Below, piece after piece: positions 34,153 through 43,245 of a DNA stretch of 43,449 nt. Position 1 is the first letter of the stretch. Each line of letters opens with the position of its first letter. Below the pieces are notes generated by a model that saw only the letters and a list, made by a program, of their open reading frames with translations, did no database searches and was not told the origin of the DNA. The stretch covers positions 1 to 43,449 of the forward strand of contig PMYJ01000048.1 of the NCBI GenBank assembly GCA_003170875.1, given 5' to 3'. Made by a program: the position numbers and the translations under genes. Origin of the DNA: Candidatus Dormiibacterota bacterium. Lineage in GTDB: Bacteria > Chloroflexota > Dormibacteria > Aeolococcales > Aeolococcaceae.

Positions 34153-34330
34153 GCTCTCCGTAAGCTCGGCCCAGCCGTGAGCAGGCCGTGAGTGGCTCTC
34201 CAGAAGGGGGTCGCCGGGGGGGATATCGGCGGAGTGGATGTTGGGTGCGCTGCCAATGGCCGCTAGCAGGGCCAGGGGTGACCTGGGTACACTGCCGATC
34301 GCATCACCCGCGTCTTGGGAAGGAAGGACT

Positions 34331-35230
34331 GTGGGCACCTCTCTCCCCTACCCGCCTGGATCTTCATCTTTGTCCCGTTTGACTCGTTCGCGCCGGTGGC
34401 TCGCGACTCTGACTTTGCTCGCGAGCCTGGCAGCCGGGTGTGGCGGGGGCCAGGCAACCGCCCGCCCTTCGGCCGCGCCACCGGACACCTCCAGCAGTGC
34501 GCATGCGAACGGGACGACGTCGGGCGCCACTGCGAGTCCTATTCCCACCTCCTACTGCGACGCGCAGGACACCACCATCCCGGGAGCCGCCGCGTTTCTC
34601 GCGGGTCAGGGGGCACACCCGACCAACCTGACGGCGGTCCAGGAGGCCTGGCTCGACATGGAGGCCACGATGGTGCCGGCGTGCTCCGAAATCGTGCCCA
34701 ATCCGCCGCCGGTGACCACGCAGAACCTGACCAAAGGCGAGTTGAGCACCGCCGACTTCCAGACCTGGGTGACCGAGGATGAGATGTGGTGGACCCTCGC
34801 CGAGTGGGCTGGCCAGCACGACCAGCCCGACTTCGTCACATACTTCTTGCTGGGGGGTAGCGGCGACACGTTTACCAGCTTCCTCCGGACCGGAGGTAAG
34901 GTGGTCGACAGCCAGACCTGCGAGTACGCGTCGAAATACGACGCGGTGGCGGTGACGGCCGAGCAGATGTCGGACCTCACCGTAAACCGTTTGACGAGCG
35001 CAGGTGTTGTTTTCGTCGGAGCGGCCGTGGGGCCCTGCACAAGTACGTGGACGGCCTCCGACGGCACCGTGACGAACAAGGGCCTGGCTGCCAGAGAGGA
35101 GGGGCGCGAGCTTGACGTTACGACGACCCAGACGAACGCCGCGCTCGGCCAGTACTTGGTTGTCAACGACAGTTGGGATCAGGCGGACGACGCAACTGCG
35201 GACTCGATCTTCGCTCAGGTTGGAATCTGA
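34331..35230 (+). CDS. Lipoprotein of unknown function
   Basis: Signal plus lipobox RRWLATLTLLASLAAGC GGG. The GTG at 34331 follows GGAAGGAAGGA. No recognisable catalytic motif. Confidence 0.7.
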   Translation: MGTSLPYPPGSSSLSRLTRSRRWLATLTLLASLAAGCGGGQATARPSAAPPDTSSSAHANGTTSGATASPIPTSYCDAQDTTIPGAAAFLAGQGAHPTNLTAVQEAWLDMEATMVPACSEIVPNPPPVTTQNLTKGELSTADFQTWVTEDEMWWTLAEWAGQHDQPDFVTYFLLGGSGDTFTSFLRTGGKVVDSQTCEYASKYDAVAVTAEQMSDLTVNRLTSAGVVFVGAAVGPCTSTWTASDGTVTNKGLAAREEGRELDVTTTQTNAALGQYLVVNDSWDQADDATADSIFAQVGI

Positions 35231-35234
35231 GAAA

Positions 35235-36587
35235 GTGAGTCGCCGCCGAGTGGTCGGGGTAGTCTGCGTGGTGAGCGCAATGGTCGTGACCAGCGGCGCC
35301 ACCGTAGTGCTCGCCTACTCCGGAAATGGAGAGGGAGCTAACTGCGCACCAGCCGCCGGACTGAACCTCGCCGTCGGCGAGCCACCACAGCCGGGACCTG
35401 CCGGAAGCGTCGCCGCGGACGGCAGCCTCACCCTCTACTGCCGGGGCGCAGGGACCAACTCGCGCGCCGGGACCTACACGGCCGGAGTCAATACAGGCGA
35501 AGTTACGACCCCCACGGCTGGCCAGATCTGCAGCGTGAACATCAGTTATGAGAATGCCCAGGTCCTGGGCCAGTCGTTCCAGGAGTCGGAGTACGAGCCC
35601 GGCGCAGTGACGGTCTTCCCGCTCGCTTTCTGGACCGGAACCATCGATGCCGGCATCGTGCCCGCGTCGGGCTCCTTCGGCGACTTCTGGGGAAGTGTGA
35701 CCGACACGGCACCGGCGAGGCTCGGGGTCGATTGGGCAGCCGCCTCGCGGTATGGACCCGCACCGCCGAGTGCCCAACCTGGCTCGGGTCTTGCCACGGG
35801 GGGGTTGATCATGTCGGGACTGGAGAACGAGACGCTCCAAGTATCGGTCACGACCGTGCCCGGCGACCCCGGGAAATGGGAGCAGGGCGCCAACGGCGAA
35901 TGGCTCTGCGATGGACCCAGACTCAGCCTCACCGTTCGGACGGTGGCCGACGAAGATTACCCCCCCTCAGAAACGCCACCCATCGAGCCGTCCTGGGCGC
36001 CGCCGACGCTGCAGCAGGCCATGGCCTCGGCCGGCGTCACCGCTGGGGAGGTGCAGACAAGCGCCCCGAACAACTACGTGGTCTTCGCTCCCACGACCTT
36101 CTGGATCAACCCTCAGCCCCAGGGGCCTGACGTCCCCCCTACGGTCATGAATGCCATCGGTGACCCCGACGCCGACGGCGAATCCATCGTCTTCACCTAC
36201 TACCTGGCCGTGACTCCTTCCGACACGATCAACTGGAACTTCGGGGACGGTACAACCGGAACGTCCCAAGCCGAGAGCTCGGGACCGGGGGAAGCAGGGG
36301 TCACCCACTACTACAAGCAGATCAGCGGTGAGGGGAACGTCCCGGCCGCCGGTCCGACCGTGACCGCCACCCAGGACGTGACCGTCACCGCCTTCGTCGC
36401 CTGGGTCGACTGGAACGGGGACGCCTATTACGGATGTGTCACCCCAGGCGGCGGCGTGAACGGAATGTTCGGCTACACCCAGGCCCAGGCGGTTGCCGCC
36501 TGCAGTACCACCTACGCCAACGCCCTCGTCGAGGGTGCGTTACCGGCCAAGCCCGTCTACCAGGTCCGGGCGATTCCGGTGTCCTGA
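35235..36587 (+). CDS. Signal-anchored secreted protein with a C-terminal PKD-like segment
   Basis: N-terminal VVGVVCVVSAMVVTSGATVVLA, with INWNFGDGTTG...THYY (PKD-type WxFGDG signature) near the C-terminus. The GTG lies 5 nt after the lipoprotein stop. Confidence 0.7.
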   Translation: MSRRRVVGVVCVVSAMVVTSGATVVLAYSGNGEGANCAPAAGLNLAVGEPPQPGPAGSVAADGSLTLYCRGAGTNSRAGTYTAGVNTGEVTTPTAGQICSVNISYENAQVLGQSFQESEYEPGAVTVFPLAFWTGTIDAGIVPASGSFGDFWGSVTDTAPARLGVDWAAASRYGPAPPSAQPGSGLATGGLIMSGLENETLQVSVTTVPGDPGKWEQGANGEWLCDGPRLSLTVRTVADEDYPPSETPPIEPSWAPPTLQQAMASAGVTAGEVQTSAPNNYVVFAPTTFWINPQPQGPDVPPTVMNAIGDPDADGESIVFTYYLAVTPSDTINWNFGDGTTGTSQAESSGPGEAGVTHYYKQISGEGNVPAAGPTVTATQDVTVTAFVAWVDWNGDAYYGCVTPGGGVNGMFGYTQAQAVAACSTTYANALVEGALPAKPVYQVRAIPVS

Positions 36588-36588
36588 G

Positions 36589-37152
36589 ATGGGAGGGGGG
36601 CGAGGCCGACGACCCCGACGCGGGGGGCAGTCCACCGTGGAGTTTGCCCTCGTCTTCGGGCTGTTTCTCGTGGCACTTCTGGCGATCCTCGATACGTGGA
36701 TCTGGACCATTGAGACGGATGCCGCGGACGCCTCCGTCGAGCAGGGCATCGGGGTGGCGATGTCGGCTCAAGGCTCCGCCACCAGCCTCACACCCGCGCT
36801 CACCGATGTGTACGCGAGCGTCCTTCCGCTCCTTCAGCAGCCGATGCTCGGCACGAGTGTGGAGAACTGGTACGCACCCAACCTCGCCGCGCTCCGCGAC
36901 GAGATCGGGCCGACCGCCTGTCCCACCGCCGACCAGGTGGCCGACTACTTCGACGGTCTCCGCTCGGGCTATGACGGAGTGGGCCATGTGGTCGTCTGCG
37001 CGGCCAACGACGGCGCCGGCCACGTCACGGTCTCCATCACCGGCTATGCACTGTCCATGGTTCCACCCGGCTTCGGGCCCTTCAACTGGCGGGGTTGGGG
37101 TCTCCCGATCTCCGAGATGGCGTCCGTCAACGTGGGCACGTACTCGCCATGA
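36589..37152 (+). CDS. TadE-like pseudopilin / Flp pilus assembly protein
   Basis: N-terminal RRGGQSTVEFALVFGLFLVALLAIL (TadE N-terminal motif). The ATG lies 2 nt after the upstream stop. Confidence 0.8.
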   Translation: MGGGRGRRPRRGGQSTVEFALVFGLFLVALLAILDTWIWTIETDAADASVEQGIGVAMSAQGSATSLTPALTDVYASVLPLLQQPMLGTSVENWYAPNLAALRDEIGPTACPTADQVADYFDGLRSGYDGVGHVVVCAANDGAGHVTVSITGYALSMVPPGFGPFNWRGWGLPISEMASVNVGTYSP

Positions 37153-37658
37153 GAACCGGGCGTAGGCGGCGGGGTGGCCAGGGTGCACAGGCGGCCATTG
37201 AGATGGCACTCGTCCTCCCCATCATGATCGTCATCGTCTGCGGCTTCGTTGGGATGATGCTCGAGCTGAGAGCCGAGAACGAATTCCAGACGGCGGTGGA
37301 TCTCGCCGCTCAGGCCGCGCTGGTGCCCCCACTCGGAGATCAGGCGGCCAGCCAGGCCGACTCCGACTACGCCTTCTCGCACACCCTCAACCCCAACGGC
37401 AGCGAGAGCGGCTACCTCTCCGTGACCACCCCGATCAACTGCGAGGGCCCGTACCTCGAAGGCGAGATCGACCTCAACAACGAGGGCATCCCTGCCCCCG
37501 TGACCTGCACGGCCCAGGCGACCCTCGACTTCTCCAAGACGCCGATCAGCATCTTCTGGTTCTGGTCGATCCAGCTCAGTTCCACATCGGACGCGTATCC
37601 GCCGCAGTATCGGCAGTGCCAGACCACCTCGGGCTCCGTGAGTCCCTTCCAATGCTGA
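37149..37658 (+). CDS. TadE-like pseudopilin / Flp pilus assembly protein
   Basis: N-terminal RRGGQGAQAAIEMALVLPIMIVIVCGFVGMM. ATGA overlap with the upstream gene. Confidence 0.8.
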   Translation: MRTGRRRRGGQGAQAAIEMALVLPIMIVIVCGFVGMMLELRAENEFQTAVDLAAQAALVPPLGDQAASQADSDYAFSHTLNPNGSESGYLSVTTPINCEGPYLEGEIDLNNEGIPAPVTCTAQATLDFSKTPISIFWFWSIQLSSTSDAYPPQYRQCQTTSGSVSPFQC

Positions 37659-38095
37659 GTGACCGCCGCATGAGAGCCGGGGAGCGTGGCCAGATCCTGG
37701 TGATGTTCGCCTTCTCGATGCTGTTCCTCATCCTCGGCATGATCGCCGTGGCCGTCGATCTCTCCCAGCTGTACGAGGTCCGCGTGCGTCTTCAGGACGC
37801 CGCGGAACAGGCCGCGACGGCGGGTGCGAGTCAGGTCAACTACGTCGCGGCGGAGAGCGGCGATGCATCGCTCCTCCCCTCGTTTGCCTCCGTCTGCAAG
37901 AGCGCTGGGGATGCTTTCAGCGGCGTGGCGGGATCGACCACGTGCACCAGCCCCGAGGGGACCGACGAGGTGGTCGCGACCGTAACGATCCAGGCCTCGG
38001 TGGCGATGCCGCTCCCGATCTTGGGAGAGGCGTTCACCATCACCACGACCTCCACCTCCGCGCCCGTGGTGGGCGGGCTCACCCCGGTGGGGTAG
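37652..38095 (+). CDS. TadG-like (Tad_N type) pilus assembly protein, short form
   Basis: RAGERGQILVMFAFSMLFLILGMIAVAVDLSQLY...LQDAAEQAATAGAS. ATGCTGA overlap with the upstream gene. Confidence 0.75.
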   Translation: MLSDRRMRAGERGQILVMFAFSMLFLILGMIAVAVDLSQLYEVRVRLQDAAEQAATAGASQVNYVAAESGDASLLPSFASVCKSAGDAFSGVAGSTTCTSPEGTDEVVATVTIQASVAMPLPILGEAFTITTTSTSAPVVGGLTPVG

Positions 38096-38165
38096 ACAGC
38101 GCGCGGCGCGGACGGATTCAGCCGGTCCGGCGCGCCGGCCGCTCGTCGACCCCCTCCCCGGGGTT

Positions 38166-38441
38166 TCAGCCGGCCAGGCGGACCAGCCTCTGGTGGAGCA
38201 CCTGGACGAAGTCCTCGTGCTCGGGCTTCATGGGCACTGCCTGCTCGGGTTTCTCGTCCTCACTCAGCGCGGCCGGCGCGCTGAGCGCATCGAGAGGCAT
38301 CGGGTCATCGTCGTGCCAGGCGCCCGTATCAACGTCGCCGAGCTGGTCCCCGGCGAGGCCGTTTACGCGGATTGACTTCGCCTGCTCACCCTCGGGCGCC
38401 AGCTGTCTCCGCCAGCTGAGGCAACTCATGACACGAGCCAC
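38166..38441 (-). CDS. Hypothetical small acidic protein (start uncertain)
   Basis: By eye the 3' two-thirds has the host-like high third-position GC. Possible starts are GTG 38441, ATG 38429 (both overlapping the 3' end of the GGDEF-EAL gene) or ATG 38300. No recognisable motif. Confidence 0.3.
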   Translation of the reverse strand: MARVMSCLSWRRQLAPEGEQAKSIRVNGLAGDQLGDVDTGAWHDDDPMPLDALSAPAALSEDEKPEQAVPMKPEHEDFVQVLHQRLVRLAG

Positions 38442-40692
38442 TCGCCTGCTGACCCCGAAGGAGCTCCTCGAAGCGGTCAGCGGGCACGGGTGGGCTGAAG
38501 AGATATCCCTGGAGCAGGTCGCAGCCGTTGCTGCGGAGGAAGGCCAGCTGCTCTGGGGTCTCGACGCCCTCGGCGGTGACCTGCAGGCCGAGCCGGTGGG
38601 CGAGCGCGATCATCGCCGCCACCAGCGGAGCGTCGTCCTCCTCGCGCTTGATGTCGCTGATGAACGACCGATCGATCTTGAGGCGGTCGACAGGGAAGGT
38701 CGCTAGCTTGCTCAGGCTCGAGTACCCCGTGCCGAAGTCGTCGATGGCGACGGCGATGCCGGCGCTGCGCAGGTGGCGCAGCTCGTTGAGGGCCTCCACC
38801 GGCTGCGACACCGCGGCGCCCTCGGTGATCTCGACCTCGAGGCGATCCCGGGAGAACCCGGTCGCGAGTAGCGCGGCCGACACCCTGTCGACGAGCTCGC
38901 CCCGGCCCAGATCGCGCCCCGAGATGTTGACGGCGAGGAGGAGATCGCCCAGGCCCGACGCCCGCCACGCAGCCACCTGGGAGCACGCGGCGTGGAGCAT
39001 CCAGGTGTCGATGGCCGTGATCATCCCCGTTTCCTCGGCAAGGGGGATGAAGGTGTCGGGAAGCACGAAGCCTCGGATAGGGTGCTGCCAGCGCACCAGG
39101 GCCTCGCAGCCGACGATGGCGCCGCCGTCTCCCGAAATGACCGGCTGGAAGAACAGGCGCAGCTCGCCGCGCTCCACGGCGTGGCGCAGGTCCTGGTCCA
39201 GGCTCAGGCGTTCGGTGGCCGTCGCGAGCATGCTGGGCATGAAGACCTCCACCCTGCCCCTGCCCGCAACCTTGGCTGCGTACATCGCCAGCTCGGCGTT
39301 GCGCAGCAGCTCATCGGCACTGGTCTCCGCGGTCGATGACGTGACAACGCCGATGCTGAGGCTGATCACCAGGCTGCCGCTCGCGAACTCGAGGGGAGAC
39401 CGGAATGCCTCGTCGAGGCGCTCCGCCGCCCCGAGGGAGTCGTCGGCGCGGTCGACTTCCTCGAGGAGCACGGCAAACTCGTCGGCGCCCAGCCTGGCGA
39501 CGGTGTCGCCGGGGCGGAGCGCTGCCTTTATCCGTGCCGCCGCCGCCTGGAGCAGGGAGTCGCCCGCCAGATGGCCCAGGCTGTCGTTGACGTCCTTGAA
39601 GTGATCCAGGTTGATAAACAGGACTGCGATGGTGGCGTTGAGGCGGCGCATCCGGTTAAGCGCATGCGCAACCCGCTCGGCGAACAGAGCCCGGTTGGCG
39701 CCGCCCGTCAGAGGGTCGCGGAAGGCGCCCTCGCGCAGCTGCGTGTCCAACCGGTTGCGCTCGGTCACGTCGTTGATGAGCGTGAGGATCCCGGGACGAC
39801 CGTCGAACTCCTGGGGCACGGTGGTGAGCTCGACGTCGATGAGCCGGCCGTCCCGCAGGCGGTGGCGGGCATTGAAGGCCGTCTTCCTCAGCCGGGCCCG
39901 GTTGAAGTCGACGGCAAGATGGGCAACATCGCGGCGGATGGCGGCGATGGTCAGCGCCCCGAACTCCTCCGCTGAGTACCCGTACTTGGCAACAGCGGCC
40001 TCGTTGACCGCGAGAAAGCGCTGCGTCTCCGCGTCGAGCACCCACATCGGCTGGGGGTTCTTGAAGAACAGGCGGCGGAACCTCGCCTCGCTGGCGACGA
40101 GGGCGCTCTCGCACCGCCGGCAGGTCTCGCGCAGCTCGATGTTCACCCACGCTCTGACCGCCGCCGCCGTGACCTGGTCGGCGACGAGCCGGAGGGCCTC
40201 CGCCTGGGCTTCGTCGAACGCATGGGGTTGGGACGAGGTCACCGTGATCGCCCCCAGGCTCACGTCCGCGTGGACCAGAGGGACGGTGATTAGCGACCGC
40301 GCCCCCAGGCGGCGGCACACCTCCCGATCCACCCGGGGGTCCACCTCGGTGTCCCCGCAGACCTGGGCGGCGCTGCCGAGCGGACCGCGCCACGGGTGGT
40401 CGGGCTCGGCACCTGCAGGCCGGGAGCGAGAGGCAGGCCAGGTCCCTGCCGTCGCCCGGTGGGCCAGACCGTCGCCATCGACCACCTCGACCACGGCTCG
40501 CTCGGCCCCGCAGAGGGCCTGGGCCCGCGCAACGGCCCGCCAGGCGATGGCGTCCAGGTTGGCACCGCGGTCGAGGACCTCCTGCTGGAATGCGGCGAGG
40601 TCGAGGACCTGTGGCACCACCGACGCTCGTCCCACCCGCCATCGGACCTCGGGCGCGGCCCCGGGAACTCGTCGCGGAAGGCTGGACTCCAT
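38386..40692 (-). CDS. GAF-PAS-GGDEF-EAL c-di-GMP turnover protein
   Basis: The PAS region includes FRRLFFKNPQPMWVLD. The GGDEF domain has RLGADEF (39475-39489) with RxxD (RPGD) 5 residues upstream. The EAL domain has EALVRW, DDFGTGYSSL, KIDRSF and EGVE. Confidence 0.9.
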   Translation of the reverse strand: MESSLPRRVPGAAPEVRWRVGRASVVPQVLDLAAFQQEVLDRGANLDAIAWRAVARAQALCGAERAVVEVVDGDGLAHRATAGTWPASRSRPAGAEPDHPWRGPLGSAAQVCGDTEVDPRVDREVCRRLGARSLITVPLVHADVSLGAITVTSSQPHAFDEAQAEALRLVADQVTAAAVRAWVNIELRETCRRCESALVASEARFRRLFFKNPQPMWVLDAETQRFLAVNEAAVAKYGYSAEEFGALTIAAIRRDVAHLAVDFNRARLRKTAFNARHRLRDGRLIDVELTTVPQEFDGRPGILTLINDVTERNRLDTQLREGAFRDPLTGGANRALFAERVAHALNRMRRLNATIAVLFINLDHFKDVNDSLGHLAGDSLLQAAAARIKAALRPGDTVARLGADEFAVLLEEVDRADDSLGAAERLDEAFRSPLEFASGSLVISLSIGVVTSSTAETSADELLRNAELAMYAAKVAGRGRVEVFMPSMLATATERLSLDQDLRHAVERGELRLFFQPVISGDGGAIVGCEALVRWQHPIRGFVLPDTFIPLAEETGMITAIDTWMLHAACSQVAAWRASGLGDLLLAVNISGRDLGRGELVDRVSAALLATGFSRDRLEVEITEGAAVSQPVEALNELRHLRSAGIAVAIDDFGTGYSSLSKLATFPVDRLKIDRSFISDIKREEDDAPLVAAMIALAHRLGLQVTAEGVETPEQLAFLRSNGCDLLQGYLFSPPVPADRFEELLRGQQASGSCHELPQLAETAGARG

Positions 40693-40835
40693 GATCCGAG
40701 CTCAGGCTAGTATGCGAACACGCCCGGCGCAGCCCGTTCTTGGTGATGCTTGTCTCAGAACCGCTCAGAAGTGTCACGATGCTGTGGCGCGTTTGGTGCG
40801 TCTGCTCGAGAAAGCGCGGGTCCCTCCACCCGGGA

Positions 40836-42095
40836 TCAGGACTCGGCCGGAAGCGTTTGGAGGGTACCGTCGTTCTCCAGGAAGTACGCGCCATAGGGGC
40901 TGCCGGTTTCTTGAATGAACATGGTGGCGCCGCTGGTGAGGGGGATGACGGCTCCCAGGGAGATCAGGGTCTGGTCGGTGACCAGGTCCGTGTCATCGGC
41001 CCACGCGACGATCCAGCGTGGGCCCCCCTGCGCGATGTCGCTCTCCACCAGCAGTCGGGAGCCATCCCAGGAGAAGGCGAGCGCCTCGCCGATGAGGTCA
41101 TTGCCCCCCAGTCCCCCCCAGCGGGCGACGCTCGCCAGGTCCTGGCCGGTCGCCGTGTCGAGGATGGTGATGCCGTACGCTCCGTCGATCGCGACGAGGC
41201 TCCCGTCGTGCCTCGCGGCCCCAGGACCCTGATCCGAGGTTGATCCCGGATGGGTGGCCACCACCTGACCGGTGGAGAAGCGGATCACCAGATACTCGGA
41301 CTGCGAGTTGTCGCTCTGCCATACGACCGCCCGGTCTGAGCTGGGGCTGCAGGCCAGGACCGACCAGCCCTGGTCTGAACCGTCGAGCGGACCCAGGTCA
41401 GCCACGGTCCGGTAGCCTACAGACGCAGAGAACTCCAGGAGCGCTCCCGTGACGACGCCGGCATCGTCGTTGTAGGTGATCCCGCAGAGGTGCTCCGAGT
41501 CGTCGGCCCAGATGGGTTGAACCAGGGCGCTGACGTCCGCAGCCGTGTACAGGTCGGAGAGCAGATGTCCATACACGTCGAAGACCAGGCGGCTCCCGAT
41601 GAGCAGCTTGGACCCGTCCGGCGAGGCCAGGACGCCATTCGCCGCCGCTGCCTGATCCACGGTGACGGTCCCCACCAGCACACCTTGGTAGTTGCGGACG
41701 ACGTAGCGTACCGGTGAGGTGACGGTCATCTGCTGGCTCGGGTCGTACGTGACGATGAGCGGCGCCGGAGCTGTGACCGTCGAGGTGATCTGTGCGGTCG
41801 GCGGCGGGGTGTACGGGGGTGCAATGGGCTTTCCGGGGTAGGGTGTCGCCGTCGCTGCCGCCGTCTGCGTCACCGTCGGGCTCACCTGTGCGGCCGGGGG
41901 CTGGCCCGGCGCAGGTCCGCCGCGGCCGAGCCCGATCACCAGACCAAAGGCGGCGGCCATGACCACGAACACGGCCGTCCCGCCGAGTGCCGAGATCAAT
42001 CGACGAGGGTGTCGGCCTCCAGCCTCCGGCGGGCCGCCGGAGGTGTCGGCGCACGTCTCCGGGTTCTGCCAACGGTCGCCGGGGTTCACATCCAT
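40836..42095 (-). CDS. Membrane-anchored protein with a Pro-rich linker and a beta-propeller-like (TolB/WD40-like) domain
   Basis: One TM (TAVFVVMAAAFGLVIGL), then a Pro/Thr linker, then repeated SPDGSKLL / SWDGSRLLV-type blades. Confidence 0.7.
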   Translation of the reverse strand: MDVNPGDRWQNPETCADTSGGPPEAGGRHPRRLISALGGTAVFVVMAAAFGLVIGLGRGGPAPGQPPAAQVSPTVTQTAAATATPYPGKPIAPPYTPPPTAQITSTVTAPAPLIVTYDPSQQMTVTSPVRYVVRNYQGVLVGTVTVDQAAAANGVLASPDGSKLLIGSRLVFDVYGHLLSDLYTAADVSALVQPIWADDSEHLCGITYNDDAGVVTGALLEFSASVGYRTVADLGPLDGSDQGWSVLACSPSSDRAVVWQSDNSQSEYLVIRFSTGQVVATHPGSTSDQGPGAARHDGSLVAIDGAYGITILDTATGQDLASVARWGGLGGNDLIGEALAFSWDGSRLLVESDIAQGGPRWIVAWADDTDLVTDQTLISLGAVIPLTSGATMFIQETGSPYGAYFLENDGTLQTLPAES

Positions 42096-42421
42096 GAGAC
42101 GTCGCGACCCCCCGTTAAGTTACACCGAGCCGGGCCCATGGTCTCAAAACGGCTGGGTGTCGCTGGGCGGCGCCAACGTCGCGGGCGACGTCACCTACGT
42201 GCCCGGAAGTAACGACTGAGCCCCGGAGCTCTTCGTGGTGTCTGCCGGCTCGGGCTTCGAGGATACCGGGACCTCCACCGGGCGTGCCCTCAAAAGAGCC
42301 GGATCGGCCGTCGGATAGGCGTACCGAGAGGCGAGGGCACTCGAGATGCCTGGGATGCACGGATCCACCCACTGCGCCGAGGGTAGACTGGCGGCGCCGC
42401 GCCAGGGCACGAGGGCACAAC

Positions 42422-42709
42422 ATGACGACAGATCGCACGCCGGCGACGAACGAGAGTCTCGACGCAGCCTGGCGACGCTACGCCACGGCGCTCCTCCACT
42501 CTATGGAGGATGTCCGCTCCGAGACCGCTGAGGATCTCCACCCCGTGCTGATGGAGACCGCCGATTACTGGCTGTCGCTCGGGCTCGCCATCGGCACCGA
42601 GCAGCCAGAGATGGCGAGGCGATTGCTGCGCCTCATCGAGATGGAGGAATCCGAGCGGGTAGAGCTGACCACGGACGCGCAGCACTTCGTGGCTGAGGCG
42701 CTGGGGTGA
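42422..42709 (+). CDS. Hypothetical 95-aa acidic helical protein
   Basis: ATG 42422 is preceded by GAGGG 8 nt upstream. Its stop overlaps the GTG of the next small ORF. Confidence 0.5.
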   Translation: MTTDRTPATNESLDAAWRRYATALLHSMEDVRSETAEDLHPVLMETADYWLSLGLAIGTEQPEMARRLLRLIEMEESERVELTTDAQHFVAEALG

Positions 42710-42873
42710 GGCGCCGCGGGCTGGTCTCCAACCTCTACCGCGCCGCGCGGATGGCCAACGACGTCTCAACCCTGGCCTCGGGGAATTCCCACCGCATCGC
42801 CCGGCGGGCCAAGAACAAGATCATCGGACGAGCGGCGGCGCGAGCCGGGGTCTGGCGGGCGCTCTGGCGCTGA
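42706..42873 (+). CDS. Hypothetical 55-aa very basic protein (not in the ORF track)
   Basis: Hand translation gives VRRRGLVSNLYRAARMANDVSTLASGNSHRIARRAKNKIIGRAAARAGVWRALWR. GTGA coupling to the upstream ORF and host-like GC3. Confidence 0.45.
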   Translation: MRRRGLVSNLYRAARMANDVSTLASGNSHRIARRAKNKIIGRAAARAGVWRALWR

Positions 42874-43245
42874 GCTCAGCCGCGGTGCGCCGGTAGGGCC
42901 TGGGCAAGGACCATCGCCGTGTCCCGAACCTCCTCGAGGTCGAGTTCGCCCGGTCGCGCCACTCACCCGCGGGCACTGGCCGTGCCACCGGCGGGCTAGC
43001 CGCTGATGCCGACGACGACGCTGCCCCCGGGACAGCGACGCTCTCGCAACACCGCCCCCTTCGCTTGCCCAGCCAGACCCGGGGTAATGCGACACGGACG
43101 GAATGTATTCGGTGGGCAAGCGCGGCGACGCTCCCGGGCGGAGGCCCCTCTTGCCGGACGGCTCAGCTTGGCGTTTGATTGGCAGGGCGGTGGACTCGCC
43201 CGCTCTCACCAGGTTCACCTGAGCGCTCGACTCCAAGGAGACGCG

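Noticed and set aside
34121-34192. Direct repeats as a miniature CRISPR array
   Set aside because: The repeats are only 8-9 nt with 2-3-nt spacers, and there are no cas genes. Regulator binding sites explain them better.
39611-40918. 435-aa plus-strand ORF and 412-aa minus-strand ORF (39656-40894) overlapping the GGDEF-EAL gene
   Set aside because: Both are out-of-frame or antisense shadows rich in Arg/Pro/Gly. Only the frame at 38386-40692 carries the domain motifs.
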